Positions 24,901 through 40,088 of a stretch of DNA of 64,000 nt are shown here, piece after piece (the first letter of the stretch is position 1; each line of letters opens with the position of its first letter). The notes below the pieces were generated by a model. That model did no database searches and was not told the origin of the DNA. It saw only the letters and a list, made by a program, of their open reading frames with translations. Source of the DNA: Geosiphon pyriformis uo1 (Eukaryota; Fungi; Glomeromycota); NCBI GenBank assembly GCA_016748015.1, contig JAAOMT010000269.1:29592-93591 (forward strand). Direction: 5' to 3'. Position numbers and translations under genes: made by a program.

Positions 24901-27900
24901 AATTAATTCTGATTTTAGAGAAGCAAAAGTGCTTTTAAAGTTCTGGTTCTTATCTGTTTTCTTTTTTTTAATTTCTATAATCGAATCAGCCAAAGAAGTA
25001 TTAGCTTTGCTTTTAATAGTTTTTTTTTTGTTGCTCATAGCTTGAAAAAGTGATACATAAAAATTTATTTTAGCTGTAAAACATTTTATGTTAATTGACC
25101 AATCACTTTGTTTATCTTGTGTAACCGAAATTACGTACATATTTATTAAGCCATCAAGATTAAAAAAAGTAAAATTGTTATTTTTTATATAAAATTTAAC
25201 AAATAAATAATTTTTTAAAGAGTATTTATACAATTAAAAAAATACTTAGTTTTTGTTTATCAAATTTTATATTTAAATTATTTTAAAAAATATATATAAA
25301 ATAAATAATTATTCTTAATTTATTTTGTCACAAAAAAATAATTACTGTGTTATATCTAATATACCAAAAAATATAAATTATATACTATTAAAAAGCTAAA
25401 AAGCATATGATTTTATTAAAAAAATTTAATATAATATTTTTTTCTTTTATTTGCAATTATCATTTCACAATAGTGTTTTATTGATCTTATTAATCTAATT
25501 AGAATAAATTAAGAAATATCTTATTATTTTTTTTTATAAACTGCTTTAAATTATTCCGATTTTTAAACATATATTTCTTTACATTTTTTTACAATAGCTC
25601 ATAAGTTTTTAATAAAATTCAAGACAGAACTATGAGATAGCTAAACTATAACTTTAAACATATTCTCTTAAAAAAAAAGCTTTGGTTAAACAACTTGTGT
25701 GTTTTGGGTAATTGTTCTATTAAAATTATTACTTATTCCTTAATATTTTTTTTATCTTAAGTAAATATTCATGAATAATTTCTACATAAAACTTAGCATC
25801 TATTATTTGAGCAAAACAAAATAAACTTATCTTTTTTTTCTCATAAAAACTATTTTACACCATAATTTTTGTTTAATCTTTTGGTATAATACAAGTTAAT
25901 TACTGGTCTTTATACCAATATTCTATTGTATTTTAGAATAAACAAAAAGCTGTTTTATTTGAAAAAACAGCTCTTTACAATTATCATTGAGATGTTTTTA
26001 AGCTCACTTTACACGATTTTTCTTGTAAAAATTAGTAAACATTGGAATTTTCAAAGGCAGATTTCTTTTATATCTATAATTAATTAAATATCTTTGAATA
26101 ATACTAAAAAAAACATCTATATTTTTTTTGTTAATTTTATTTTCAAAGTTCTCAAAAATATTAAAAAATCTCGATAATAGTATTGTTTTAATGTTTATAA
26201 TGCATCTTTTTTAATTTTTTGCAGCCAACTATTTCTACTTGTATGTTTTACTATTTCTGTTTTTTAAGTTTTTTAAAAATATTATAGATAATAGAGTATA
26301 ATATATTTATTTGCTGTTTTATTTCAGTTGTATTTCATATCTCTTTATACCAAAAATATAATACAGTTTGGTGCAATGTTTTTTGTTTAGAAAGTAGTAT
26401 TATGAAAGAAAATTTTTTTAAAAATTATTAGTAAAATATGCAAAAAAAATTTATTATATTTAACCATTTATCTTAGTATTTACTTTCTAATTCAATTATT
26501 ACAAACTAATTAAAATTGGTTAAACTGTATCAAGTTTTGTGATGTGCATTTTTGTCCAATTTTTTTTTGTAATACTGTAATTACGACATAACTGGTTATG
26601 AATTCTTTTAAAACCAATATTAAAACAATAGTTTTTAAAAAAATAATTGAATTTAGTTATAAGAACATTTTGCAATAAAAATTTGAAAAAAAACTCAAGA
26701 AAAAAAAACATAAAATATTTTCTTTAAGTATTAATAACTTAGTTCTTAAATATTGATCAAATTGAAATAATGCTTTTGATAACAAATTTTTAAATTGATA
26801 GAAAAGATTATTTATAATCAAAAAAATATTAAATAACAAATTTTATATCTTGTAAAATTAATATAAAACAAAATTTAATAATTGATTTGTTTATAATATA
26901 TAAATAAAAAAATACTATAAAAGACTTAATTGATTATTAATTATTGTAATATTCACAATATTCATTAGTAAAACACCAAAAGATTTTTAAGTAAAATTAT
27001 CTTAGTCTTAAAACAAATATAATTTTAATCAGTATAGAAAAATATTTCTTTAATTAAAATATACAAAATATTTTTCTTATAATTTACAAATATTAGATAA
27101 AAAACTACTTAGATGTTTTATTTATCATTGGAAAACACATAACAATTAAAATTAAAATTAGAATATATTTTGTTATTAATTTACGAAAAACTGTTAGAAA
27201 AAAAACAAAAAATTGATGCAGCAAACTAAAAATATATGTGCTTAAATACATAACGCCAAAATATATAATTTTTTTAATATACTTAGAAAATAATAAAAGA
27301 AGTTTTGCTTATAAATAAACATTATTATATAAAAAACAACTTAAATATTATGAAAAACTTAGTGAAATTATTAAAGATATAAAGCTTTTAAAAAAAACAA
27401 CTTTAAAAATTCAGATAAAAATCTTAAACATTGTATGTTTAAATGTTTTAAAAGTTTTAATTATTGTAAAAAAAGCCAAAAAACTTATATAAAAGCTTGA
27501 TCTCTTGAATTTAAAATTAATATTGTTATATTTTTTATATATTTTATCAATTAAAAATTTTAATAAATTAGTTAATTTCGAAATAGAAATCTCAAAATTT
27601 TTTTTAAATAAATTTATTTTACTTAAATTTAATTTTTTTAGAGAGTATAATATTATAGTTGAAACTTTTACTTTTTAGTTTTATTTATTTATTTGGTCAT
27701 AATTATTGAATTGATCAATAATTTGATTATTGACTTAGTTATTAACATGATTGTTAATTTAATTATTAATTTAATTATTAACTGAATTAGAATAATTATT
27801 AAACAGTTTTTAAATTTAAAGCAAATTATTATATATTAAATATATATATATACTATTAAATAATAATATTTTTCATTAATAAATCTTATAAAATTTTAAA

Positions 27901-29089
27901 AATTATATATTATTATTTTTATTGGTAAAATATAAAGCAAAATTTTATATATATTTTTAGTATTTTATAATATTTTGTTAATATTGGTTTTAATTACACA
28001 AACTGTATTTTTTTTAATAAAAATGAATTACTTAGAAGTTAAAAAATCAGTTTAATTTTAATTATCTAATTTTATTATAGCTTTTTGCTATAGTTCTATT
28101 AATTAACTTAATTTTACCAAAATTAATTAATATAGTATGTATAATTTTTATTAATGTTTCTATTAAAATCTTTTTAGTTATTATTACTTAATTTATTTAA
28201 TTATTTACTAGATATTTAAAATTAGTATTTATTTTTAAATTATTGAATTTGACCAAATTTCAAGCTTTTATTATATTAAATTCAAATATAAAAATTACAT
28301 AAATAATTTTATTAAATTTTAAAACAATAAAAGCTCTCCAAAACTATATATACTAAAAAACATTTTTTTAATAATTTTTAATAGTTAAAAGATTTATATT
28401 TAAAACAAAAAATTTTCTAATAAATATATTTACACTAATTTTAAGAAGAGAAAAAAACAGAAGAATTTCAGTATTTTAAACTTTAAAAATTCGAAAAAAA
28501 ATCATTTATCATATTAATATTAATTTATTTTATCTTTGAAATATTTAAAATAAATCCAAAAAAGTTTTTATTTTTTTTAATAAAAAGCATTTCTTATTAG
28601 ACCATAAAGTACTTTTTTAATTGTCTTTTTTGAACATATTATTATTAATAACAACTGTCAATTTTACTATAAAAGAATTATTTCTTGAAAAATTGTAAGT
28701 ATAAAATAAAAATAAAACCAAAAAACTTTTTTTTTCAAAATTGAACTCAAAAGAATTTTAAAATAAACAAAAGAAAAAAGTTTTATAAATTATTTAGCAA
28801 ATTATTATTTATATTTATAATATATTTTAAAATAATATAGCAATATTAATATTAATTTAATTAATTGAATTTTTTATTTTAAATAATTTGTAATTTAATT
28901 ATATTTGAAATATTTTTATTATTTTACAAGTTTAAAACATGTTAATATTAGATTTATTTTAATTTAAGATATTATTATATTTGTTTTTTATTATTATTAA
29001 TTTTTTTTGTTAATTTTAATTACAAATCAAATACATTTTATAAATTATTTTTTATATTAACAAAAAAAAATTGTTATTTAACACAATAT

Positions 29090-32000
29090 ATCAAATTAAG
29101 TAATCTAAACTAGGCACAAATTATGTACTTTTTATATATAACCAGTCACTCAAATCAATTAGAGCAATATTACAAATTTATTTTAACAAATACTATATTA
29201 TTAGTATCAGAAAAAAACAGCAAAGCTTATAAAAACCAAAGTTAATATTAAATGTCTTAGCAATTTTAAGCAACTTAATAGTATTATCAGAAAGCAAAGA
29301 CAACAGATTATGGATCTTAGAAAATACTAAACCATCATATGTGATCAAATCTTGTTTCTTTATAATTGTCCTATACTTAACTTTTACTATTCAAATTTCA
29401 GTCTGATAAGTTAACTCTAAACTTTATACAAAATTAACAACTTTAGCACCAGTAATTTTGATACCAGTAATTTTGACACCATTAAAAATGAATACAGTCT
29501 TTGAATATAACTTCTTAAACATAAAACTTTTATATAAAGCAATATATACAATAATATCAAATGCACACAAAAAAAACATCTGTAAAACATAAGATAATGG
29601 CAAACTCAAACTTAATATAGCACTTCATTAAATCAAATATGACTTAAGCAAATCTTTACAAATAACAAAATCTATTAAACATATAAAAAAATAGTCAAAA
29701 CTTTTTATTTCTTTACAATAAAAACACAATACACTAGAATACTTTTGATTATATAAATGCTTTTGAACAGTAATTGGCAAATAATATTATAAAGTTTTTA
29801 TAAAATGTAATTATAAATCAACAGTAGATTTACTTGTAAAACCAGTCATTATATATAAATTAAAGTATCAAATAGAGAAAGTCTAAACTCAATTTATATT
29901 TCCAATTATGTTTTTATTAATAACATCAGATCTAATTTCTTAATAAACATAAAGAACAACCCTAAAAATTTCATAAGTAAAATAACAAATATTTTTAGAT
30001 ACTACTATCTTATTAACTCTAATAAATTTTTTTTTGACAAGAACAAAAAGCATAAAATTTGAATATAAAGCTAAATCAACTAGCTCATTAGCATATTCAT
30101 TGCCTAAAACACCTGAATATTCTTTAATCTTGGATCAGAAAATGTCAAGCTCTTTGTTTTTAATAAAGTTTACAACACTATATTTTTTATTTAGCAGAAA
30201 TTGTAAAAATCTGGTAAAGCCATTTTTAATTCTGCAATACAAGCATTTAAAACAGCTTAACTGTTTAAATACACTACAACAGAACTATAAGTAAGAATAC
30301 ACTTTAAAGCCAAAACAATTGCCTGTAATTCTGCCATTATAGAAAACACCAAACCATCAATTTTAATATCAATACCTATATTCAAATCAGAGAAAAATAC
30401 AGCTATACCATATCTTATTCCATGTGTATCGAGATTTCTTAAAAATCTATCTTTGTAAACATTGACAACACCCAAATTAATATTAAAAAGACACTGTATT
30501 ATTTCAGAAATGTTATTAATATTACAAATGTTTAAAAGTCAAGAGCTAATATTAGATAACTCAGCAAAAAAAAGAGATGCAGACTTGACCAAAAAATCAC
30601 ATGTCAATTTGAACCAAATAGGGATTGAGCTTCTAGAATTAAGTCTTTTTTAATAGTAAAAGCTTTTTTAATTAAAGACTAATTCTTTTTTATTATACAA
30701 TTAGTTAATAAAAGTAATACCAAACTTTTTAAAAGAACAAAAACCTTTATAGAACATTGAATTTTTTAAAACAAAAAACATCAGAGTGCTGCTAAACAGA
30801 CAGAATATAAACAAAAAATTATTGTTAAAAAAAATATTACAATTCAAAAAAAATTTATTATACCAGCCAGAAAGTTGTTAATCAAACTAATTTTCAGTTT
30901 TACAGAATGACATGAAAAATGGATAGAAAACCAATTCAAAATTTGCAGATCTAAAAACTTATGATCAAATAGACAACCAAAAATTTTACTAATATTTAAA
31001 ATATTTAATACAGAAGTTACCTTACTTTTAGCTTATACTTACTTAAAAGACTTTAAATCAAATAATAACAAATGATAAAAAGTCTTGTTATAAAAATTTT
31101 TTGGTAAGCCAGCTTTTATTTTTAAACCCTTTTTAATCAGTGTATCTCATTTATTGTACACACTTTTAAAAACAAAACTAAATTGAGTCCTATAACTGAC
31201 TATAGGCTGTAATACAGCCAAGACTAAATAAAAACTGCTTGTTTAAGATAGCTTTTTTTATACCTAAATTAACAAAAAACTTGACATCTAAATGAATCTT
31301 TACCAAACTTGGTTTAAACAAACTTTCAAAAGACAAAAAGATACCAAAATATCTATAGAATTTTCTTTTTTTTGCAATAAATATTGGCAGATTACTTATT
31401 GATAGTAAACATCTCTTACTTTTTGATTAATAAAAATGGCCATAATTTTTTTATTGTTTATTGAAATATTATTTAATTCAAAAAATCTATTTACCATGTT
31501 CAAAATATACTGAATAATAATCTGATTACTTTTTACCCAAATTGTATTATTAACAAAAACATTAGCTACTAAGTATAAAAACAACTTATCTTGGTTTTCT
31601 AGTCTGCCAGTTTTAACAACAAACTTAGTATTAATATAGTAATTACATAAACTTTTCTGTCTTTTAACTTTATACAAAAGAGGGTCATAAAAAATTCTCC
31701 AAAGCAAAAAAAAAAACTTCAATTTGGTTCAGCTTATTATGTATCCAATATCCATCAGTAAATCCATAGTCTATTATGATCTGATTGACTCTATCATTGT
31801 AAATACTCTCAAAAAACTTGATGAATTTCTCACACATCTTAATATAAATTAAATTATTTTTTAAATAATGCTATTCAACAGAGTTATAAGGTTTTCACAT
31901 GTTCTATAGGACCAATTAAAGTTTATAACTCTTTTTTAATACATTTTCAACCACTGAGCCCAATACAAAAATAAAAAACTAAGTAGTAATGCTTTTTAAT

Positions 32001-34094
32001 ACAGAAAAATTATTACTGTAAAAAATATTAAATTTGCTTCAAGCCAGAAAAATATGATCAGAAAGTATCTTCAAGAGAATTTTCTAAGCAGTTTCAATCA
32101 GAGCAATTAGTTTGGTGTTAGTTAAAATACTCTTTTACTCATATGGCTTAAAAATTATTAAAATTTAGACTTTTTTCTATGGCTGAGACACAGATTCACA
32201 TATTAAACAAAAATTCAGAATATTCAAAAGCATAAAAAATAATCTGTTATAGTGTTTTTAAAGTTAATTTATAATATTTAACAAGTCAGCAGTCTTTTTG
32301 TTAAGAAGATTCTAAATCACATATATCATATCATTATAACAAATAGCACTCATAACATTAAAAAAAGCCATATTATTAACATAAGCCAGCAATTAATATT
32401 AATGATACTATCAATTAAAAATACTGTCTAACATTAATCTTTTCCTTGTTCAATTTTCTATAATTGTATTAATCTTAAATTTAATCTCAACAGAATCCAA
32501 AACCAATTTATTATTAGTAACTAAATAATTCAACACTATTCTTTAAAAAAAATGCTCTAAAACATTTCAAATTATGTAATTCTTATTAACTGCAAAGCTT
32601 TTCATTCACCTATCAATAGCAAATCTAATATTAGATTCTTAAGTCCTCTGTAATTTAACAAATTTAAAGGCACAATATGATTTTCTTATGACAAAAAGTG
32701 TAGACTTTATATATTTCAAGTTAGCATTAGAGTCCAACAAAATCTGAACATTTAAAGCTCTATTACTATTTAAAAACAACTAACAGATTATATAAAAACA
32801 CACTCATTATCAAACTTATTATGCAAAAATCTAACAATCTTTAATACTAACAATTCTAATCTATAAAACTTGGAAAATTTTTTGGTAAAAACATTAAATT
32901 TCTTAAACCATATTTTTTTGAATATCTTATTGGCCAATAAACTTACTATTTTACAAATAACTCTTTACATAGTATTTAGATCTGAAAAATTCCTAGATAT
33001 AATAAAATCATCAAAAAACATAGTTGTATTAGCTTTTGTAGTATTTTTAAATTTGTTTTATTTTGTCTTATTAAAGTTTTTAAAATCAAATTTCCAGCAG
33101 TTCTTAATTATCTGTTTATAAATATTGTTCAAATGTATATTCAGCAAACCATTCAACTCTACAAACATAAAAATGGCCCAATAATTAATGTTAAAGTATT
33201 TTATAACACCCAAAACGTTATAATCTATTATCACATTAATTAAATTCATAGACACAAAAATAAAATCAATTGTTTTTTAACATCTTTAGAATTGTTTTAT
33301 ATTGTAGTTCTCACAACTAAACTTCTTGTCAAAAAATTAATCAATCCTAAATCAAGGCATTTTTTGAAACTAACACACTTGTAAGAACTATTTTTATTTA
33401 AATTACCACTCAAAATCATAAATGAAAATTTGTTTACAGTTTTAGCAATTACTAAATTGATTTTATTAGCTTAAGCTAAGTATACAGCTAAATTGATACC
33501 AGCATATAGTTTCAAAATTAAAACAGAAAGTTTATTTTTGAAAAACAACCTAATAGACAAAAGTTTATTAACAATCTCTAAAATTTTGCACACATGTTTT
33601 GCCAATCTAATGTTCATAATAACTATAATACCAGAACTCAAATAACCAGATTCCAAATCAGAAGTAAATATCTAAACACTATCAAACTTGTTTATAATTT
33701 AAAGACAAATTTTTTCATTTAATTTGGTTTCAATAACAATGAAAATTAAATTATTTATATCTTTGTACTAACAAATAACATTTTTTTGCTTGGCAAGATT
33801 GTTTATATCTTGAATATTATATGTAACTACTTTCCAAATAAGATTAGTTATAGAGAAAAATAAGCATTAGAATCCAAATTAGTATTTTTCACTTTAGTTA
33901 TTAGGCTTATAATTAGGTTTAACAAATTGTTTATGGTTTTTTTCAATTTTGAGACAGTTAACAGATCTAAAACCACTGTTTTTGCAACAGTTTTACCACT
34001 AGTAACTATATTCAAACCCTTACTTATTACTATATCTGCTCTTTAATTTTGTAATAAAGGGATCACTAATGGCTAATATCTAGGACTAGACTGG
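29090..34094 (-). mobile_element. Degenerate LINE copy 2, ORF2 (APE-RT-RNase H-C-terminal Cys motif)
   Basis: RNase H 'VYKDRFL...AELQAI...YLNS' (30257-30475) and 'HSGVLGNEYAN'-like segment. RT 'ANVFVNNTIW' (31396-31722). APE start near 33840. Outer boundary is approximate. Confidence 0.8.
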
Positions 34095-37000
34095 TGTTAC
34101 TTATAGAATATAAGAATTAAATATTAGTACATAAATTAGCCAATTAGAATAGAAAAAGAGAAAAAAAGATTTTTTAAGAAATCCTAAATGTTTTAAGAAA
34201 TCCAAGATTATTCAGAAAATCTAAAATATTTCAGAAAAGTTGAGAATTTTTCAGAAAATCTTGGATGTTTCAGGAAATCAAAAATTTTATAGAAAATCTA
34301 GCAAAGAAAAAAATTTCTTATACAATAAAATTTATGTATATATAACAGTAGTATTAAAAGCTAGAAAAGAAGTTAAGAAGACTCAAAGTTAATTAAACTT
34401 ACAGGTCATAATTATTAAATAATCCTCTCTTTAAAGATAATTGCTATTAACTGAAATAAAATTATATTAATGAAATATCTTTTTAATTCTTTAAATTCAT
34501 GTTATTATCTACTATTTAACTTGCTGGCACAATAGTTCTTGATTATGACTATTGACAGGACATTTATTTCTTATTTCTTATTTCTTATTTTATTTTTTTT
34601 ATTTCTTTATTTTTTTTTATTTCTTTATTTTTTTTTCTTTTGTTGTTTACTAAATTGATTAAAAAGATTAAGCACTAAGTTACAGATATTATAGAAACTG
34701 GTAAAAAACTCATGAAACAAGAGTAAAATACTTATAGAATTAAAAATAGCTTATCAGGAAGATTACCAGTTATCATGCTAAAAAAAAAATTTGAAAGAAT
34801 TGTGATTCCAAAAAGCTATAGAGAAAACAATACTTGAATTTTTGTTCATTATACAAAGAACTTAACCAAAACCTTTAAACCACAAAAATCTTTAAACAAT
34901 TAAAACTTTCAAAAATTACTTATTAATTTTATCAGTTATTAAGCACTAAATTATGGGTTTGTTATTTGATTTGAGATCTCAAATAATCATCTGTAATATT
35001 TGGTGCTTTCTGTGAGGTATAATTTTACAGAAAACCAGCACCAATACACAATCAGTTAAAAGTGGCAGAATTAAAAATAATAAGGACAAACCATTTAAAA
35101 TTTGCCAAATTCTTATTTTAATACTATAACCAACACTTGGAATTAAACAACAACTATTATCCAGCAGAATCAGTCTTCAACTTTTATGTCAATAAAAGAA
35201 TCAAAGATTTTCTAGGAGAACTAGTTGACATTGAAGCAGTCAGAGAAAATTTCTACACAGAATTAATTCAACACACTAGTTTATCACAAAATCACAGTTT
35301 TGTATCAATTATCTATAAGATTAATTAAGAAATTGAGAAGTATACTCAACAACAATTTTTTATTACCTATATGAACAAAGGCAAAGGAAAACTACAAACA
35401 CCAGCAGTAACACTCAAAGAAATATAACCACTCATTTGGAAGAAAACCAGAATCGAGTCACCAATCAATTTATCATACTATTATACACCCAGAAGTACTA
35501 TTAACATCTTATTAACAGATACATCAACATCAAACACGAAATTATCATTAACTCAACTTCTATTCCAAAGTAAACAAAAGAAAGCAGAGTTATTAACAAC
35601 CTATGGTAATTACTTTAAAGAATTCAAATTGCAATCACCAATGTCATCAGAATTTTGATCACTGCCATCTTAAACAAATTTCAGAATTATGAGTCCTTGG
35701 GAAGTATCAGAACTGAAAAAAAAAAAAGACAACATTCAGGAATTTAATTATCAAAACCTGATCATTAAAACCCTAAACATTCAAAAATTACTATTAATAA
35801 ACTTGTTAAAATTAATTATTCAAGACCTGCTCATTAAAACCCTGAACATTCAAAACTTACTTTTGATAAACTCATTAAAACTCTAATTATTCAAGACCTG
35901 ATCATTAAAACTCCAAACATTTGAAACTTACCTTTAATAAATTTGTTAAAACTCTAATTATTCAAAATTTGATTATTTAAAAACCCAAACATTTGAAACT
36001 TGATAATTCCAACTTTGCTATCATACAAAAAAATTTACTATTAATAAAACTTATTAAATCTTCAGCAATTTAAACTCCAGAAATTATTCAAAAATCCAAA
36101 CATTCAAAGTTTGATAAATTCTAAACTCTATGATTATACAAAAAAACTTATCTCTGATAGTTCAATAAAATTTAATTTCCACAATACCAATAAATCAACA
36201 AAACTTATTTGATGGCCCTAAGTCAGAATATTAGGACATAGTTACAATTTACCTCCATGTATTATATATTTAAAGAAGAGCCAATTAGTAAAAAAAAATG
36301 GAAATTGGAATCAAAACTTAATCCCAATTCAAACTTTGCTAATGACAACAACAATTCAAACTCCACTGATAATAACAACAATTTAAATTTTATTAATAAC
36401 AACAATAATTCAAATTCTGCTAAATGACAATAACAATTGAAACTCCACTAACAATAAATTCAAACTCCACTTTAAATACCAAACAATATATTACACTTTT
36501 AGATCTTACAATGAAGCAGAAATTAACTAAATTCAATAATAATAATAAAAACATTATGTCTAAATATACACATAATACAGATATAAGATTTGAAATTGAT
36601 ATTTTAGACAGACTACTATAGTTAAAAAACCCCAGTCATATATAAAATTATATTTAAAAATAGCAATAGAAATTACAGTAACAACATTGATACAAAAAAG
36701 AAATTTAAAAGATTTCACAGAAGCTCAATATTAAAGAAGAAAATAATGTTACTCATAAAATATAGGAATTAAATATTAGTACATAAATTAACCAATTAGA
36801 ATAAAAGAAGAGAAAAAAAAATTTTGGATGTTTCAGAAAATCAAGAATTTTGTAAGAAATCTAGCAAAAAAAAAATTTCTCATACAATAAAATTTATGTA
36901 TATATAGCAGTAGTATCAGAAGCTAGAAAAAAAGTCAAGAAAACTCAGAATTAATTAGACTTGCAAGTCATAATTATTAAATAATTCTTCTTTTAAAGAC

Positions 37001-37547
37001 AGTTGCTATCAACCAAAATAGAATCTTATTAATAAAATATTTCTTCAATTCTTTAAATCTATGTTATTATTTACTACTTAATCTGCTGGCACAATAGCTC
37101 TTGATTATGGTTATTAACAGAATACTTATTTCTTATTTCTTATTTTATTTTCTTTATTTTTTTATTTTTTTTATTTTTTTATTTTATTTTCTTTTGTTGT
37201 TCATTAAATTGATTAAAAGAATTAAGTGCTAAGTTACAGATATCATAGAAATTAGTAAAAAACTTGTGAAACAAGAGTAGAACACTTATAGAATTAAAGA
37301 TAGTTTACTAGAAAGATTACTAGCTATCATGCTAAAAAAAAAATTGACAAAATTATGATTCCAGAAAGCTACAAAAAAAACAACACTTGAATCTCTATTT
37401 ATTATACAAAAAACTTAACCAAAATCTTTAGACCACAAAAATTTTTAAACAATCAAAATCTTCAGATATTACTTACAAAATTAGTTATTAAGCATCAAGT
37501 TATGGGTTTGTTATTTGATTTGAGACCCCAAATAATTATCTGTAATA
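34095..37547 (+). mobile_element. Internally deleted (non-autonomous) LTR retroelement
   Basis: LTRs at 34095-34998 and 36747-37547 (TGTTAC...GTAATA). TSD CTGG (34091-34094 and 37548-37551). PBS-like TTTGGTGCTTTCTG at 34999; purine tract before 36747. The ~1.75-kb interior has gag-like and dUTPase-start remnants but no RT or integrase. Confidence 0.9.
35750..36130 (+). repeat. Imperfect ~70-bp tandem repeat inside the deleted LTR element
   Basis: CAAGACCTGATCATTAAAACCC-like units start at about 35752, 35821 and 35892, with decayed copies after. Confidence 0.75.
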
Positions 37548-39100
37548 CTGGGAAACTATTAATCCAAATGTATTTAATTTCTTAGCCAATTCATTAATCT
37601 GCTCTATAAAGCTAACAAAACTGCATTTAAAGGTGACAAATCTATTATTCAATTCATTAAAAATTAATAAAATAGGGTTCATTTCCAGAAAGAAGCCAGA
37701 ATTCAACAAATTATTATTCACAGAAAGAGAAAAAAAAAATTCACCAACAATTTTTGTCCAAAAAACACTATCAAAAGTAACTGGATAAATAATAGAACTA
37801 AATATTTGGCATAGATAGTTATTAGTCTGCTTTTATCTGTGTTTAGAAATACTTTATAAGAGAAATCACCAAAAAAAAAATTCTTATCTATAGAACAGAC
37901 CAATAAAATATAACTTATATTTTCAAATTTTGCATATTTAGCAAAATTCAAATGAAACCAACACAAATTGGCATTTTTTAATACTGGTGTAGTTTTTATG
38001 ATAGTATTAAGTAACTTAGCAAAATTGAAGCAAACAACAGCACATCTGAATTGTGCATATATAACTAGATATTAATTAATAACACATGTTTTCTCACCAA
38101 TTAATCCAATAAAATTTCAGATGTTATAAATATTTGTTTCTATTGGCAATATATAAAGCAGTACCCTATTATAGTTTCTTGCATCCTATAAATTTTTGTT
38201 TTTATTAGCTCTTATTATATATATAACATCTTTTTCAATTAAAATAGACTATTTTATTGCAATTAAATTAGCATGCTTAATTTAGCCAAACTCTACCATA
38301 GTCTTCTGGCATATTTTATCAATTGTATTTTAATCAACTTAATTAATCTAAACTCGAATAATATAGCATAAACAGCTTTAGTTAATGTTCTAATTGGAAT
38401 TTTTATTATTATTACAGCCTAATCTGAATGCTTAATAGATTTTTTTAGATTAGCATTTACAAAAACATCTTTGGTCTTTGTTAAATTAGTTGTTTATACT
38501 AAGTTAAATTCGAAAATAAAGATTACTCTAATAATTTCAATATATTTAAGAAGATAGTAGCCCTCTAAAATCATTGATTTTTGAAAACATTTTCTTGACT
38601 ACTATTAGCCTCTATTAAAAAGACTTCTCAACCACCTTATCTAAGCTAATATCTAAAATGAATAACTTCTTAACAGAAATATTAACTAAATTTTTTTAAA
38701 AAAAAGAAAGAGCTAGTAGAATATTCAATAAAATATTATCATTATAACCATTATTTAAAAAATTGATTTTTCTCAATGGTTTTTCTAAGTTTTTTTGGTT
38801 TTAATTTGCAAGTCTTTTGGAGTTTGGTTAACATTTTTTTCATCAAAAGTATTTTTCTCCTTATAATCAATACTGGTTTTCTCAATCAAACTTTTATTTT
38901 CATGTCAACACTATTGGATTCAGTAATGTTATCAGTATTTGAGCCCCAAGAACAACTACCCAATTTCTTAGTAGAAATATTTTTTACACTAACAGTATTT
39001 TTTAAGACCTTATTTCTTTTTTTTTTTCTCAATAACACAGGTTTGGTATCCATAATTGGACGAGAATCCTTAAAATTTTTTTTAAAATAGCAATACTAGG
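37548..39100 (-). mobile_element. Degenerate LINE copy 2, ORF1 / 5' part
   Basis: The reading frame '...LIVSQ|SSP...' continues across the LTR insertion; parallels 14200-16060. Outer boundary is approximate. Confidence 0.72.
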
Positions 39101-40088
39101 GCCAATAGTAGTCTTATAATCAAGCAAAAACAGTTTAGATTTATTATATTGAATAATTAAAAACTTTTTTTCAACAAATGTATTCTTTTAGTGAATTTAA
39201 AACATAGAAGAAAAAGAAGTTTTTTTAACAAATTTTTTGTAATTGTTTATTTTAATTTTTTTAAAAAAATATTTAATTTTAAATATCAAAAAAAACACTT
39301 TTTCATTTTTTTTTAATACAATAAATTTTATTAATTGTACACAAATTTTGAGTAACAAATTGGATTAAATATTTATAAATAAAATAAAATATTATTATTG
39401 TTATTTTTTTATGAAAAATAATTTATCAAATTCAAAGTTCGTTTTAAAGACAATAACAGTTCATATTCTTTGGTTTTACAATATTTTTCTTAATTTTGCT
39501 TTAAATAATTGTTCATTTTTGTAGAATAAATAAATTACACAAGTCAAAGTATAATAATTATGACTATGTTTGGTTCTATAACTTGCTAAAACAAACTTGT
39601 GATAAATAACTTAAATAACTATTTTTTTAATAAAAAAGCACCAATACATAATACTATACAAAAAATAATCAATATTTCACAATTTTATTATACACAAAAA
39701 AAAATATTTTCTCAATAAATCAAAAATTGTACATTAACTTTTAATTTATTATATATTATTTGTTTTTATTTCCCATTTTTCTCACATATGTGTTTTTTTT
39801 AAATAAAGCTTCATTTTTGCTTTGTTTCAATTGATATATTTTAATAAAAGAAAAAAAACCATTGATAATCAAAATATTTAGTTAGAGTATTTTGATTGAT
39901 AATTCCAGCTCTATAATGTATGATTGATATGAAAATAAATTCTTATTAAGTAATATGCACAATGATTTTAGAAGACATAAGCTTAAAAATCACTAAATTT
40001 AAAATTTTTTATTCACAAACTTTTACTAAAATTTAATTCCTAGGCATAATTTCAGAATAGAAAGTTACTTTCAACTATCCATTTTATT

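Noticed and set aside
25000-29000. Possible relic coding or DNA-transposon sequence in a very AT-rich tract
   Set aside because: Too eroded; I could not support any motif.
35750-36130. Repeat array that might look CRISPR-like
   Set aside because: Contiguous degenerate tandem units with no unique spacers, inside a retroelement in a eukaryote; no cas genes.
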